A DNA stretch of 64,000 bases from Chara braunii (lineage: Eukaryota; Plantae; Charophyceae), in contig BFEA01000007.1 in assembly GCA_003427395.1 (NCBI GenBank), positions 5,115,588 through 5,179,587 on the forward strand, given 5' to 3'. Positions 24,600 to 37,735 of the stretch are shown here, one piece after another. Position numbers and translations under genes: made by a program. The notes under the pieces are model-generated. The model was not told the origin of the DNA and did no database searches. It saw nothing but the letters and a program-made list of their open reading frames with translations. Each line of letters starts with the position of its first letter. Position 1 is the first letter of the stretch.

Positions 24600-25860
24600 G
24601 CTGGCCCGGCTTAACAACAACCAGCCACTCAATGTAGGGGCCCGCCTGAATGGCCCCGGCTGAACAGCATCCAACAACTCAATGTAGGAGCCCGCCTGAA
24701 TGGGCCTGGTTGAACAGCAACTCAATATAGGGGCCGGCCTGAATGGGCCCGACTGAACAGCAACTCGATGTAACAATATCAGAAAGGTATCTTCGGAGCA
24801 AGTGGGGTCCAGAATATGATCAACAGAGTGTCATCTACGCATGGACCAATCACAAAACACCGTATGCACTGGGACTGTACTGCACAAATACCATCCATGC
24901 AGGGACTGAACCGCAAATATCACCTGTGTAGGAAAAATACCGTCTGCTCAGGGACTAACCACGAATATCACCTGCGCAAGAAAAATACCGTTTGCGCATC
25001 GACTAAACGGCAATTACGGTCAGCGCAGGGACTAAACTGCAATTACTGTCTGCGCAGGGACTGAATTGCAATTACCATATGCGCAGGGCGCCAGGGACTG
25101 AACAACAAGGAATCAAATCAACAGGAGTGGGATGCCAAATCATTCCAATAGCGACACTCATGCATCAATCCAACAAGGCACACAGCCTCAAACCAATCAG
25201 ATTAACTGCGTATACGTTCCCAAACCATCATACCAGCGGGGCGCACACTCTAGAGCCTTCATGCCGACTGGGGGCACGCTCTAGAGTCATCATATCAACC
25301 GTGCGTGCACTCAAGATTCATCATATCAGCAGGGTGCTCGCTCTAGAGTCATCATATCGACAGGGTGTGCGCTCTAGAGTCATCATATCAACAGGGCGGG
25401 CACTCTGGACTCAAGGCGCGCACTCAGACAACAATGTCAGGCCTGGGCGCACACTAAAACAACAATACCAAGCATATGCGCGCACCAAAACAGCAAACAT
25501 CGAGTTTGGGCGCACACTAAATCAGCGACACTAGGCACAAGCGCGCACTTGAACATCAATGTCAAGCCTGGGCGAGCACTAAATCAGCAACGACGAGCTT
25601 GCACAGGCGCGCACTAAGACATGGAGTTTGAGCATGGGCGCGCACCAGAACATGAATGCCAAGTCTGGCCACACACTACATCTGCAGTTCCTAGCATTGG
25701 CTCGCACCAGAACATCAATGTCGGGTCTGGGCGCGCACTAAATCTGCAGTTCCTAGCATGGGCGCACACCAGAACATCAATGCCGGGTCCGGGCGCTCAC
25801 AAAATTTGCAGTTCCGATCATGGGCGCACGTGGTTAACCAACTCATTCTCAACAGAGGTC
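24600..25860 (+). repeat. Series of short diverged minisatellites (~28-50 bp units)
   Basis: CTCAATGTAGG..GCCTGAATGG units, then CAGGGACTGAA units, CTCTAGAGTCATCATATC units and GGGCGCGCAC units. Confidence 0.75.
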
Positions 25861-25864
25861 TGAA

Positions 25865-26625
25865 GGCGCGCATGGTATCCGAATGGTAATGAGGTGCGAG
25901 GAAGCGCACAGGTCATGAACAACAATGTCGCACAAATCCAAATGGTGATGAACAGCAATGTCACACAGATCTGAATGGCAATAAAGTGCGCAAAGGCGCA
26001 CAGGTCACAATCAGCAATGTCACGCAAAACTGAATGGTAATAAAGTGCGCGAGGGCGCACAAGTCACGATCAGCAATGTCACACAGATCTGAATGGCAAT
26101 AAAGTGCTCGAGGGCGCACATGTCACGATCGGCAATGTCACGCAGATCTAAATGGTAATAAAGTGTGCGGGGGCGCACAGGTCACGATCGGCAATGCCAC
26201 GCAGATCTGAATGGCAATAAAGTGTGCGAGGGCGCACAGGTCACGATCAGCAATGTCACGCAGATCTGAATGGCAATAAAGTGCGTGAGGGCGCACTGGT
26301 CATGATCAGCAATGTCATGCAGATCTGAATGGCAATAGGGCGCATAGGTCACAGTCAGCAATGTCACGCAGATCTGAATGGCAATAAAGTGCGCGAGGGC
26401 GCACAGGTCACAATCAGCAATGTCACGCAGATCTGAATGGCAATAAAGTGCGCGAGGGCGCACAGGTCACGATCAGCAATGTCACACAGATCTGAATGGG
26501 AATAAGGTGCGCGACGGCGCACAATGTCACGCAGATCTGAATGGCAATAAAGTGCGTGAGGGCACACAGGTCACGATAAGCAATGTAACGCAGATCTGAA
26601 TGGCAATAAAGTGCGAGAGGGCGCA
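25865..26625 (+). repeat. 59-bp tandem repeat, ~13 copies
   Basis: GGGCGCACAGGTCACGATCAGCAATGTCACGCAGATCTGAATGGCAATAAAGTGCGCGA, period 59 (26171 to 26230). Confidence 0.92.
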
Positions 26626-26997
26626 CAAATCCAGAACTGCGAAAGCGGACCGATTCCCAAGGAGCACAAATCCAGAACAGCGAAAGCGAACCGATTCCCA
26701 AGGCGCACAGATCCAGAACTGTGAAAGCGGACCGATTCCCAAGGCGCTCATATCCAGAACTGCGAAAGCGAACCAATTCCCAAGGCGCACAAATCCAGAA
26801 CTGAGAAAGCGGACCAATTCCCAAGGCGCACGGATCCAGAACTGTGAAAGCGGACTGATTCCCAAGGTGCACAGATCCAGAACTGCGAAAGCGAACCGAT
26901 TCCCAAGGCGCACAGATCCAGAACTGCGAAAGCGAACCAATTCCCAAGGCACACATATCCAGAACTGTGAAATTGGACCGATTCCCAAGGCGCACAA
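26620..26997 (+). repeat. 41-bp tandem repeat, ~9 copies
   Basis: GGCGCACAGATCCAGAACTGCGAAAGCGAACCGATTCCCAA, period 41 (26630, 26671, 26712). Confidence 0.92.
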
Positions 26998-27215
26998 GGT
27001 GAGTAGGAGCGCACAGATCTGGGATTTGAGCGGGGNNNNNNNNNNNNNNNNNNNNNNNNNNNNNNNNNNNNNNNNNNNNNNNNNNNNNNNNNNNNNNNNN
27101 NNNNNNNNNNNNNNNNNNNNNNNNNNNNNNNNNNNNNNNNNNNNNNNNNNNNNNNNNNNNNNNNNNNNNNNNNNNNNNNNNNNNNNNNNNNNNNNNNNNN
27201 NNNNNNNNNNNNNNN

Positions 27216-27292
<77 letters not shown>

Positions 27293-27567
27293 AGAAAAAG
27301 GAGGTGGGTGAAACGGCAGCAGAAGGGCAGCAGCACAAAGAGGCAGCTTTGGCCACCGCACCTGCCCAAAGCTGCCCACCCCTTTTCTTACCTCCCTCTT
27401 GCTTGCCTCGATCTCGCTCGACTTGCTCCCTCTTCTACTCGCTCCAACGTCATGACTCGGGCATTCCCCACATATGTGGCCTGTCTCTCTTGAGTGACAC
27501 GCCCTCTCTTTTATAGTGGAGAGGCTGGGTGGTCCGGCCCAAGTGCTGCAGTCCCATGGTCCGGGCT

Positions 27568-27952
27568 AGTGCTAAAAATAGCATGGGCCTGCGCTAAAAA
27601 TAGCACGGGACTGGGACAGTCCCGACCTTGGAACATGAACAGCCAGTCTCGTGCTAAAAATAGCACGGGCCTGTGCTAAAAATAGTGCGGGACTGGGACA
27701 GTCCCGACCTTGGGACATGAACCGCCAGTCCCGTGCTAAAAATAACACGGGCCTGTGCTAAAAATAGCAAGGGACTGGGACAGTTCCGACCTTGGAACAC
27801 AAACAGCCAGTCCCGTGCTAAAAATAGCACGGGCCTGTGCTAAGAATACCACGAGCCTTTGCTAAAAATAGCACGGGCCTGCGCTAAAAATAGCACAGGG
27901 CTGGGACTGGCCCAACCTTGGAATCCGAACGGTCAGCCCTGTTCTAAAAATA
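27568..27952 (+). repeat. GCTAAAAATAGCACGGG-based compound tandem repeat
   Basis: About 11 GCTAAAAATAGC motifs in ~83-bp higher-order units containing GGGACTGGGACAGTCCC palindromes. Confidence 0.85.
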
Positions 27953-30900
27953 AACCGGACCCCTTTAAACTATAATCAGGGCCCAATTACGTGCTCCCTT
28001 GACCATTTCAGGCCGTGCCCTCCCCGACAAGGCCAAAAATGACCATGTCGGTCCTGTCCCAAGTGGTCAACTGCACTTTCCTCACTAACCCTTGGTCTGT
28101 TTCCAGTTCCGTTTGGACCAGGCCCTACTAATTTGACCCTTGCCGAAGTGGCCGTTCGTTCCAAAAAGCGTGATTCGGCTTTCATGAAGCCTGATCATCA
28201 TGCCATCTTGTCCATTAATTCGCCCCAAGGGAACCAGCCAGCGTGTCAGCGCTTTGCTGATTGTGACCACAGACAACCCTTGGAACTGATATAGCGTGGA
28301 GGCTGGCCGCGACGGGTCAACTACTTGTTGACCGCGGCGCGTCGGCTTCCGACAACCATACCAAACCCCATTTATGGCGTCCTCACCAGAATATCTCTGC
28401 TATAAGAGGCAAGCAGCCCACTACTTTTGTCATTCACTTTCAAGTTCACTCAAACTAGCGGCGCTATCGTGACCTAGCAATTATTGCTGCCATCACTGTT
28501 TCGCACTCACTATCATTCTCACTATGTTTACATTAGCACATCTTGCTCTTCCGCTTGCTAGGCTGCTTCAGCCATGCAGGCGAAGGCACGCTGATCTGGT
28601 GCTGGGCCCCAGGCTCCAGGTTAGTGGCAGATGTTGTGCCCCTGGTTCTCACTCTGGAAGGTTTTCAGTTTCGGACAAGCCCAGTCCCGGTCGAGGCATC
28701 TGCGGCCTCCAGGAAGAACAAAAGGAGAAGAGGCGCATAATAACACAAAGCAAGAGGTGCGCTGGCTGCCCCGGTAGCTTTACTTTAGCGGCAGTGGCCA
28801 GTCCATTGCGCACAAGAAGAAGAAGGGGAGTAGCAGGGCAAAAGATTAGTTGTTGTGCCAGCGGCAGCCATAGCTGTACTGGTTGGAAGAAAGGTGACGC
28901 TGGTGACTGGGGTGATCATGGAAGAGGGATGACACTGGCAACAGGTGACTTACCTGGCGATGGCCAAAGTGCACTCTTGCTGGTCAGACTTTGCGGCATT
29001 GTTAGGTGAGAGGAGAGTGGATAGAGAGATTGGAGAGTGCAAGGGAAAGGCGGTCGTCAAGGGAAAGCAGCTGACCGACCAATCGACCTGACTCGCGAGA
29101 GGGAGAGGTCAGAGGAGGAAGAGGAGGAGGAAAGATGGGAAGGTGTCAGGCTGTGCCATCGCTAGATGACTGGTCCGAGCGCAGGCCATCGCCAAGAAGG
29201 ACGGCGTATTAGGCGTATAAATACGAGCAGCATTACGGCGCTCCACCTCCACGCTTTGAACCTCCCCCTCGACCATACCCGTCGCAATATCCCCTTCTTC
29301 CTCCGCTCAGCCACATCCTCGCCATCTCCCCATCCTACCACAACTGCCTCGCCCTGCGCCACTGCCGCTACCACGTGTGCTGGATCCACCCATCGTTCAT
29401 CAAGCTGCGTCGCCTGACCATCGCCTATGCATCACACTTGCGCTGGTTCTCATATGTCAGCTTGAGTTGTGCGGCCTTCTATGCTATCTGATATACAGAG
29501 GTATCATATAAACCGTATCCCCAACTATCTGGGGGCTCGCCTGCGAGGGCTCCAGTGCTCGCTCAATAAGGCATCGACCTCTGGTCTAAGCCACCATCAA
29601 AATCAAAGAAGGATTAGTCTCATCAGTTTTGCGTGGTGCGACCACCGCACACAAACATCATTTCATAGTTGGCTCAGGTCAAAGCCGCTCATGCGGCCTA
29701 ATCATGTGACCAACCCCGCTTCCTTGCATCATTGAATCAGTCTCAATCTTAGGTCAAAACCCTCATCAGGTTTGGCCTAGCAGCATCTCAACATCATCGA
29801 ATCAGTCCCTCTGCTCTCAATACTGCTCTTAGCGGATTAATTCATCTCATCCATGCAGTCAATCATCGCAGTCCTCACAGACATCGCAGTCACAATCAAG
29901 CCACGGGTGGATATGGGACCAATCATCGAACTCAAGATCATCCAGGTTATCTTGACCAAAGGAAGGAACATGCCAAACCCCTTTCTCTTTGTCTGTCGGC
30001 TCTGAGCCTCTTACTGCCAGGTCATACCAAACCCCGTTGTCTTCATCTGGCTGTAGGGTACCTGCAAAACAGAGGTCAAGTCATGCCAAAAAAAAGACGA
30101 GAAAATGGTCTCCCCTAAAGACCCTTGCCAACACCCCTTCCTCATTCACCGTCAAAGTCTTACCCTTAGGCCTTCTGAGAGTGTCCCTGCCTCCACTGGT
30201 GGGCTCCCCCGCTGGCCCAACCCGGCAAGCAAAGCAAAGTCAGTCCTGATTCCCAGTCATGGTGGTCCGACCACCCTTTGAACCCTTGCTCAGAACAGCT
30301 CACGGGGAGCCACACACCCCTTCGTGAAGCCCTACTCCGATGAGTGTAGACCCACGGCCCGGATGCTCATTAGTAGACATCAGAGCTTCATCTGCTCGCT
30401 TGACTTCTTCCAAATGTTCTAGCTTTAGCCACATATGGCGGGTGCTGGCTAACCCAACCAAACCGTACTAGTGAGTCAGAGTGAGTCCACAATTTAAGCT
30501 TAACGACAGTGGGCTAGGAGGCCGTAATCCCCACGGCTCTGTTGTTACCTGGGTTGCGGATACCTGGCTTGGCCCGACTCCAAGGGAACATCCGTTGAAA
30601 CACGACTTCCGAGGGATATCCCAATCAGAGTGATGGTAGGAGTCTACCACCTTGATCAGCCAAATGTCGAATTTTGACTGGAAGAGTCTCAGGATGCCTC
30701 CTTCCTTTCCAGCAGGCGGACCAGATCACCACGTGACGACCCAGGAATGGCAAACCACCCAAGGGTCCGAAGCTGTCAGCCACTGTGGCTCGGACACTCC
30801 ATCAACCCAGCTAGCCTCGGAACCTGTGAAATCCTGCTTCAGTGAATCATCTCTCGCTCAAGAGGCACAACTGAAACTCCATGCCCCTTCACGATGGTTC

Positions 30901-31509
30901 TAAGTGTTGACACCGTAGTGAACGCCACTGATGTTAGACCATTGCCGGTGTCGGGACAGGTGGGTCCCGAGATAAGTCCTGACCCTTGAGAAGTGGTATA
31001 TGGCGGAATTATGCACGACAGAGAAAACCGGAGGCAAGAGGGGTAGAAAGGCTAAAGGCATAAGTGTCGACACCTAGGGACCTAGAGGTTGCCCTGGGTC
31101 GCCGGAACCACTGGACCAAGAAAAGACTAGCGGAACAGCAAGCGGCGAAGGGTCGCAAGAAAATAGCGAAGGCAGCCCTTCACCCCGAAAGGAGGACCGT
31201 CGGGAAAAGTAATGCCCTGGGATGCGTACCGTAGGAAGAAAAGAATCAAGGAGGATGAGAAAATAATAAGTGAGGCACCGACGCGTGAGAGCTTAGCTCG
31301 GGCCAAGGGGGCCACCAGGATGCAGCATCGGAAGGGCCAAAGGGCCATGGGCCAAGTAAGGGGCCGCGGCCGGAAAGATCGATGCGCGCGGATATGAGAA
31401 AGGCGAAGGGAATGAGGCCGCCGTGGGGTGGAAAAATGTCAAGAGAACCCGGGACACCATGGGGGAGAGTGTCGGGGACCACATGAGACCAAGTAAAAAT
31501 AATGGTATC

Positions 31510-31735
31510 CGGGACAAAGTGTCGGGGACCACCGGCGGGGCAAAGTGTTCGGGACCATCGACAGGACAAAGTGTCGGGGACCACCGGCGGGACAAAGTGT
31601 CCGGAACCACCGGTGGGACAAAGTGTCGAGGACCACCGACAGGAGCGAGTGTCGAGGACCACCGGCGGGACAAAGTGTCGGGGACCACCGACGGGAAATA
31701 GTGTCGGAGCCCACCGGCGGGACAAGTGGCGGGGA
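31510..31735 (+). repeat. 26-bp tandem repeat, ~9 copies
   Basis: GTGTCGGGGACCACCGGCGGGACAAA, period 26 (31519, 31545, 31571). Confidence 0.9.
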
Positions 31736-34700
31736 CATGAGGTCTCTAGAAGAACTGCGGAGCGGCATGAGCGGAAAACAATTAAAGCAAGGTGCACCAT
31801 CAAGATCAAAGATCTTGACGGCCGAGAATATTAGCACCACTAGTGCAAACACTAATGGGAGCAAACAGGAAGACCAAAAGGAAAAGAAAAGCAAAGAAAC
31901 ATGAAGATAGAGGCATGGGAGCAATCCGAAAAATCTCGGATTGACCTCCTCAAGAAAATGGAGCCAAAAGAGGCTCCATGAAAAAAATAGGCCTCCGGGA
32001 GAAAATCGAAGTGGGAGGGGCCACCGTTTGAAATAAATAAAGGCAAACGGAGGCTCTCATGAGCATGAGAAAGCCACAGTTGGAGTCCGAGAAATAACAG
32101 ACTGCCCCTTGAGCATAGGAAGGGCCAAAACTAAGGAGGGCCTAGAAAAGGGCCTTAACGGCTAGTTGACACTTGACACGCTAGAAAAAGAAAAAAAAAA
32201 AAAAATATGGGAGAAAATGGAAGGTGAGAGGGAGTGAGTTGGCCGTCAGTAGGGACTGACACAAGTAGGGACTGGCAGGTCCCTACTGTCCAAGAAAGGA
32301 GGAAAAGAAAAGAAAAGAAAAATAAGAGAGGAGAGAAAAAAAAAGAAAAAGAAAAAGGACCCAGATTCATTCCGGCATGTGCCGGTTACAAAGTATCTTG
32401 ATTTTCTCTTGATTTTGCAGAGAAAATCAAGAAAAATCAAAATCAAGAAAAATCAAGGCCCCTTGCAACCGAGATACAACGGATTACAAGGGGAGGAGAA
32501 AACACATGTTTTAGGACCATCCGGAGCCAACATTGAGCCCGGATGCACTTGGAAATTGACCGCTTAATTTTCTTTTAGTTTTGAGCAAGCTGAGGGGCAA
32601 CGGGACAAGGAAAATGACCCCTACTGCGGTCCGAGTTGCAACAGACTGCATGGGGAAGGCAAAACACATGTTTTAAGTGCAGTCGGGGCCAATATTGAGC
32701 CCGGATGCACTTGGAAATTCAGCAGTTCATTTTCTTTCAGTTTGAAGCAAGTTGTGGGGTTGTGGGACTAGGAAAAATGGCACAGTTCCAGTCCGAGAAA
32801 TAACGGACTGCATGGGGAAAGCTAGGCCAAGGGAACACGAGTCGCGACATGCCCACGAGGCTAGAAAACGGTGTCGTGGGCATAGGGGAAGTGAGACGAT
32901 AAATGGTGACCGCGAGATGAGGATCTCGCGGCCGGAAACAATCGGCACACGTGACACATACGGGGAGAGAAAATTGGGCCTCATAGGGACAATAAGGTGT
33001 CAAATAAAAATGGAACGTCAACCGGGGCAATAACGGCAGGGTTGTCACGCGGGGATCCCCGGGGCCCAAGCCGGGGTAGGGGTATCACCCCCGGACCCCC
33101 GCCGNNNNNNNNNNNNNNNNNNNNNNNNNNNNNNNNNNNNNNNNNNNNNNNNNNNNNNNNNNNNNNNNNNNNNNNNNNNNNNNNNNNNNNNNNNNNNNNN
33201 NNNNNNNNNNNNNNNNNNNNNNNNNNNNNNNNNNNNNNNNNNNNNNNNNNNNNNNNNNNNNNNNNNNNNNNNNNNNNNNNNNNNNNNNNNNNNNNNNNNN
33301 NNNNNNNNNNNNNNNNNNNNNNNNNNNNNNNNNNNNNNNNNNNNNNNNNNNNNNNNNNNNNNNNNNNNNNNNNNNNNNNNNNNNNNNNNNNNNNNNNNNN
33401 NNNNNNNNNNNNNNNNNNNNNNNNNNNNNNNNNNNNNNNNNNNNNNNNNNNNNNNNNNNNNNNNNNNNNNNNNNNNNNNNNNNNNNNNNNNNNNNNNNNN
33501 NNNNNNNNNNNNNNNNNNNNNNNNNNNNNNNNNNNNNNNNNNNNNNNNNNNNNNNNNNNNNNNNNNNNNNNNNNNNNNNNNNNNNNNNNNNNNNNNNNNN
33601 NNNNNNNNNNNNNNNNNNNNNNNNNNNNNNNNNNNNNNNNNNNNNNNNNNNNNNNNNNNCCCGCCAACACTCAACCCCGCCCCCGCCAGCTGTTGGTCCC
33701 GCCCCCGGCCCCGCACCAGCAGCTACCCCGGTCCCATGAGTGGTGGGTGTGGCCCCACGGGGGGTCCGGGGTGGGGCATAAAACCCCATTTTTGGGGTTT
33801 AGCCCATGTGGTGCGCGCTCTCACTGCGCACCCCCCACTATTTTATTTATTTATTTTATTCTTATTATTTTTTTTGGGGGGGGGGTCTGGAACCGGGGTT
33901 GGGGGTGCCCACCCTCGGACCCCCGCCGGGGCCCCGGGGCCGGGGCTCGACAACCCAGGATAACGGGGACTAAATGGGCCCAAATAAAAATTGTCGAAAA
34001 CTAAGACTTTGTCGGCGGCACCACCAATGGGACAAATAAATGGGACTAACATGGAAAAGTGGCGGGGACTTGAAGTGTCCCAAGAAAAACCATGAGCCAA
34101 TATGGAAAGCAGTCGCACAAACCAAATGGCATTGTCAAGATCAAAGATCTTGACGGTGAAAAATATTGGCAACCACTAATGCAAGCACTAGTGGAAGCAA
34201 AATGAAGAACTAGGAGTAAAAACAGAGAAAAAGGAGTGATGGGAGGGTTGCCCAACAGTCCGTGATATCTTGGATTAGCTAGGCATGAGAAAATAGAGCC
34301 CCAAGGGGCTCAACACAAAAAAACGGTAGACTAACAGAGGCAAAATGAAGCCCCCATGAGCATGGGGGCTTCATTATTGTAATCCAAGATACAACGGTCA
34401 ACAGTGGAATCTGAATCTGGCCACAGATCCAGATCTATGGCCTAGAAAAAGACTCAATAGCCACTTGACATTTGTCACATCAGAAATAAAAAAACACAAA
34501 AGAAAAATAAGAGAAACTGGAGGGAGAATGAGACAAAGGGGGAGAACATAGTGGAGGAGAATATGTCGGTCAGTTGGGACTGACACAGTAGGGATTGACA
34601 GGTCCCTACAGTGACCTCATCCCTCTAGATTTGATGGAGGGTAATCCGGATTGCAGAGATATGGCCCTTGGGGCATTATCTCTGCAATATCTGAATTAAA

Positions 34701-35977
34701 AAGGCAAAAATGAAAGTAAATGGACGACTTTCTTTAGGGTCATGGATCTGAGATTCAGATTCATGGAGGAGGTAATTTAACCGTTTTTTATGTAGTCAAC
34801 TCAAAAGGCCAACTCTGGAATGAGTTGGCAGCCCAAAATGGAAAGAAACAAAAGAAAGAAGAGTCCAAAATTGTGCATTTGGCCCAAACAGAGGGTCAAA
34901 TGCACCCAAAAGAGGCCTTTGGGGCCCAAAACTGAAGCAACGAACACCATGGGGTAGCTCGGAATATTGCTGGCCTTGGATCTCAGCCCGATCCAAGGCT
35001 GAAAAGACACCGCTGCATGGGAAAATATCTTGGCCTACCCAAAATGGGCCAAAATTAAAAAAAAGTCGAGAAAAAGGCCTTTCTTTCGTAAGGCTGCCCC
35101 TTGGGCCTTTGGACTCAAGGGGGCAGCATTTCAAAAAGGAGTAAAGGCTTGAAGAGGCCCAAGGGGCAGTCCGAGTTGGTACCAACCACTCGGACTGCAT
35201 GTACCTGGCTAAAATAAGACCCAGGTGCCCCCAGAGAGGCCTAGTGGTGAAAATTGGCCATGGGGGTACCTCGGTTCACCTTGGGGCACATGGGGAGGCC
35301 CATGGGCTGGCGGTGTGCTGGTTTCACCCTACATAAGCTGAGGATTCAGTCCGCCACACTCACATTTGCATGCGGAGTGTCCATGCTGCTAGGATGAGCC
35401 CAAGAGAGCACCACACTCACTTGGAGTGAGGAGAGGGGAACCCCTGCCAGTTTGAGAGATTAGAGGAGACTGTGAGCTAGTGTGAGGAACTCTAGAGGCT
35501 AGTGGTAGTGAGGCTGGCCTAGGAGGGTGGTCCGCTATAGCCCCCAGGCTGTGAGGAAGAAGGCAAGGCTAGAGAGAGTCTCATGAGTCCTCCTAGAGGG
35601 GAGGACTCCATAGTCATAGTGATAGGAGTTTGTTGCAACTTGAGGGAGACTGAGAAGGGGAAGTGAGAAGGGTTTGAGGAAGAAGAAAGCCATAGCCAAG
35701 TGAGCAGGAGCATCTCCAAGACTGTTACATCAACTCCAAGACCCAACAGGAGGTGAGTGGAGAAAAGGGAAAACTTTCTTCTTCTTCTTCTTCCTCCTCT
35801 TCTTCGTCTTCTCCTCCTTCTTCTTCTTCCTCCTCTTATTCTTCTCTCATCCTCCCATTTTTCAACATCCACACTTTCTCTTATCTTCTCTCTCTCCATA
35901 GATGCTTTCCAAAAATTAGTATAGATAGTAAGGGGCTTCTCCACTAGTAATGGACTCCCCATTATCCGTTTCTTTAG

Positions 35978-36486
35978 TCTAGAGTAAATCGCTACTTTCC
36001 CTTTTGTGTGTATGGACTCAAAAGTGAGTTTCACTCACTTTCTCTCCATGTTTTGCTTCATTCTTCACTTGGGTGTAAATCGCTACTTCTTCCTTTGCTT
36101 ATTATAGTGTTCTAGTAGTGTTGAGCTCATGCATTGTCTATTTCTTCACTCTAGAGTAAATCGCTACTTCCCCTTCGGTGTGTATGTGCTCAAAAGTGAG
36201 TTTCACTCACTTGCTCTCCATGTTTTGCTTCATTCTTCACTTGGGTGAAAAATCGTTACTTCTATCTTTGCTTATTTTAGTGTTCTAGTAGTGTTGAGCT
36301 CATGCATAGTCCATTTCATCACTCTAGAGTAAATCGCTACTTCCCTTTTGTGTGTATATACTCAAAAGTGAGTTTTACTCACTTCTGCTCTCCATGTTTT
36401 GCTTCATTCTTCATTTGGGTGTGAATCGCTACTTGTGTTCTTACTTTTCCTAGTGATCCAGTAGTCATGAGCTCATGCATTGTCCA
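35978..36486 (+). repeat. ~172-bp tandem repeat, 3 copies
   Basis: TCTAGAGTAAATCGCTACT at 35978, 36150 and 36323. Each unit has two AATCGCTACTT subunits. Confidence 0.92.
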
Positions 36487-36534
36487 CGGTTCATGTTAAG
36501 TCTACCTGTGCTTATATCTTGCAGCTATTAATGA

Positions 36535-36790
36535 GGGATGGGTGACCGACGCTTGGCTGCTACTGTTGTTCGATGGGTGACCAACGCTTGGTTGCTACTG
36601 CTGTGGGATGGGTGACAAGCGCTTCGCTGCTACTGCTGTGGGATGGGTGACCAGCGCTCGGCTGCTACAGCTGAGGGATGGGTGACCAACGCTTGGCTGC
36701 TACTGCAGCAGCTGTGGGATGGGTGACCGGTGCTTGGCTGCTGCAACTATGCGATGGGTGCCCGACGCTTGATGTTGCTTGATTGCTACT
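36535..36790 (+). repeat. 35-bp tandem repeat, ~7 copies
   Basis: GATGGGTGACCAACGCTTGGCTGCTACTGCTGTGG at 36537, 36572, 36607, 36642 and onward. Confidence 0.9.
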
Positions 36791-36929
36791 TGATTGCTGC
36801 AACTATAGTCGGTGACTGCGTGCTTGGCTACTGCTGCTTCTTAGGCTAAAGGCCTGGTCCACAACCGCTGACCGTTTGGCATGATCTAGGGGTTCACCAT
36901 CCACCATCTTCTTTGCATTGTCCCTAACT

Positions 36930-37735
36930 CCTCCATCTTCTTCACCCACCCACCATAGCTAACCACCTCACACCTTCTTCCTCTTCCGTTTTTTTCACTC
37001 GTCCACCATAGCCAACCACCTCACACCTTCCTTCTCCTCCACCATCTTCACCCATCCGCCTTAGCCAACCATCTCACACCTTCTCCCTTCTCCATCTTCT
37101 TCACCCATCCACCATAGCGAACCACCTCGCACCTTCTTCCTCCTCCTTCTTCACCCATCCACCATAGCCAACCACCTCACACCTTCCTCGTCCATCTTCT
37201 TCACCCATCCACTATAGCCAACCACCTCACACCCTCTTCCTGCTCCATCTCCCCCATCCGTCCACCATAACCAACCTCCTCGCACCTTCCTCCTCCTCCA
37301 CCTTCTCCACCCATTCACCATAGCCAACCGCCTCACACATTCTTCCTCCTCCATCTTCTTCACCCATCCACCATAGCTAACCACCTCACACCTTCTTCCT
37401 CCTCCATCTTCTTCACCCATCCACCATAGCCAACCACCTCACACCTTCTTCCTCCTCCATCTTCTTCACCCATCTACCATAGCCAANNNNNNNNNNNNNN
37501 NNNNNNNNNNNNNNNNNNNNNNNNNNNNNNNNNNNNNNNNNNNNNNNNNNNNNNNNNNNNNNNNATCTTCTTCACCCATCCACCATAGCCAACCACCTCA
37601 CACCTTCTTCCTCCTCCATCTTCTTCACCCATCTACCATAGCCAAACACCTCACACCTTCTTCCTCCACCATCTTCTTCACCCATCCACCATAACCAACC
37701 ACTTCACACCTTCTTCCTCCTCCATCTTCTTCACC
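36930..37735 (+). repeat. ~53-bp pyrimidine-rich tandem repeat
   Basis: CCATAGCCAACCACCTCACACCTTCTTCCTCCTCCATCTTCTTCACCCATCCA units. The same repeat occurs inverted at 63745-64000. Confidence 0.92.

Noticed and set aside
26182-27493. Long ORFs (26423-27379, 26527-27369, 26600-27493 and others)
   Set aside because: Produced by 59-bp and 41-bp tandem repeats, an N-gap and (GA)n. No coding signal.
28400-30948. Possible host gene or TE ORF
   Set aside because: Only short ORFs with no recognisable motif or consistent frame. Left unannotated.
32981-34004. 220-335 aa ORFs and GC-rich sequence around the large gap
   Set aside because: Mostly N. The flanks look like low-quality read ends with homopolymer inflation.
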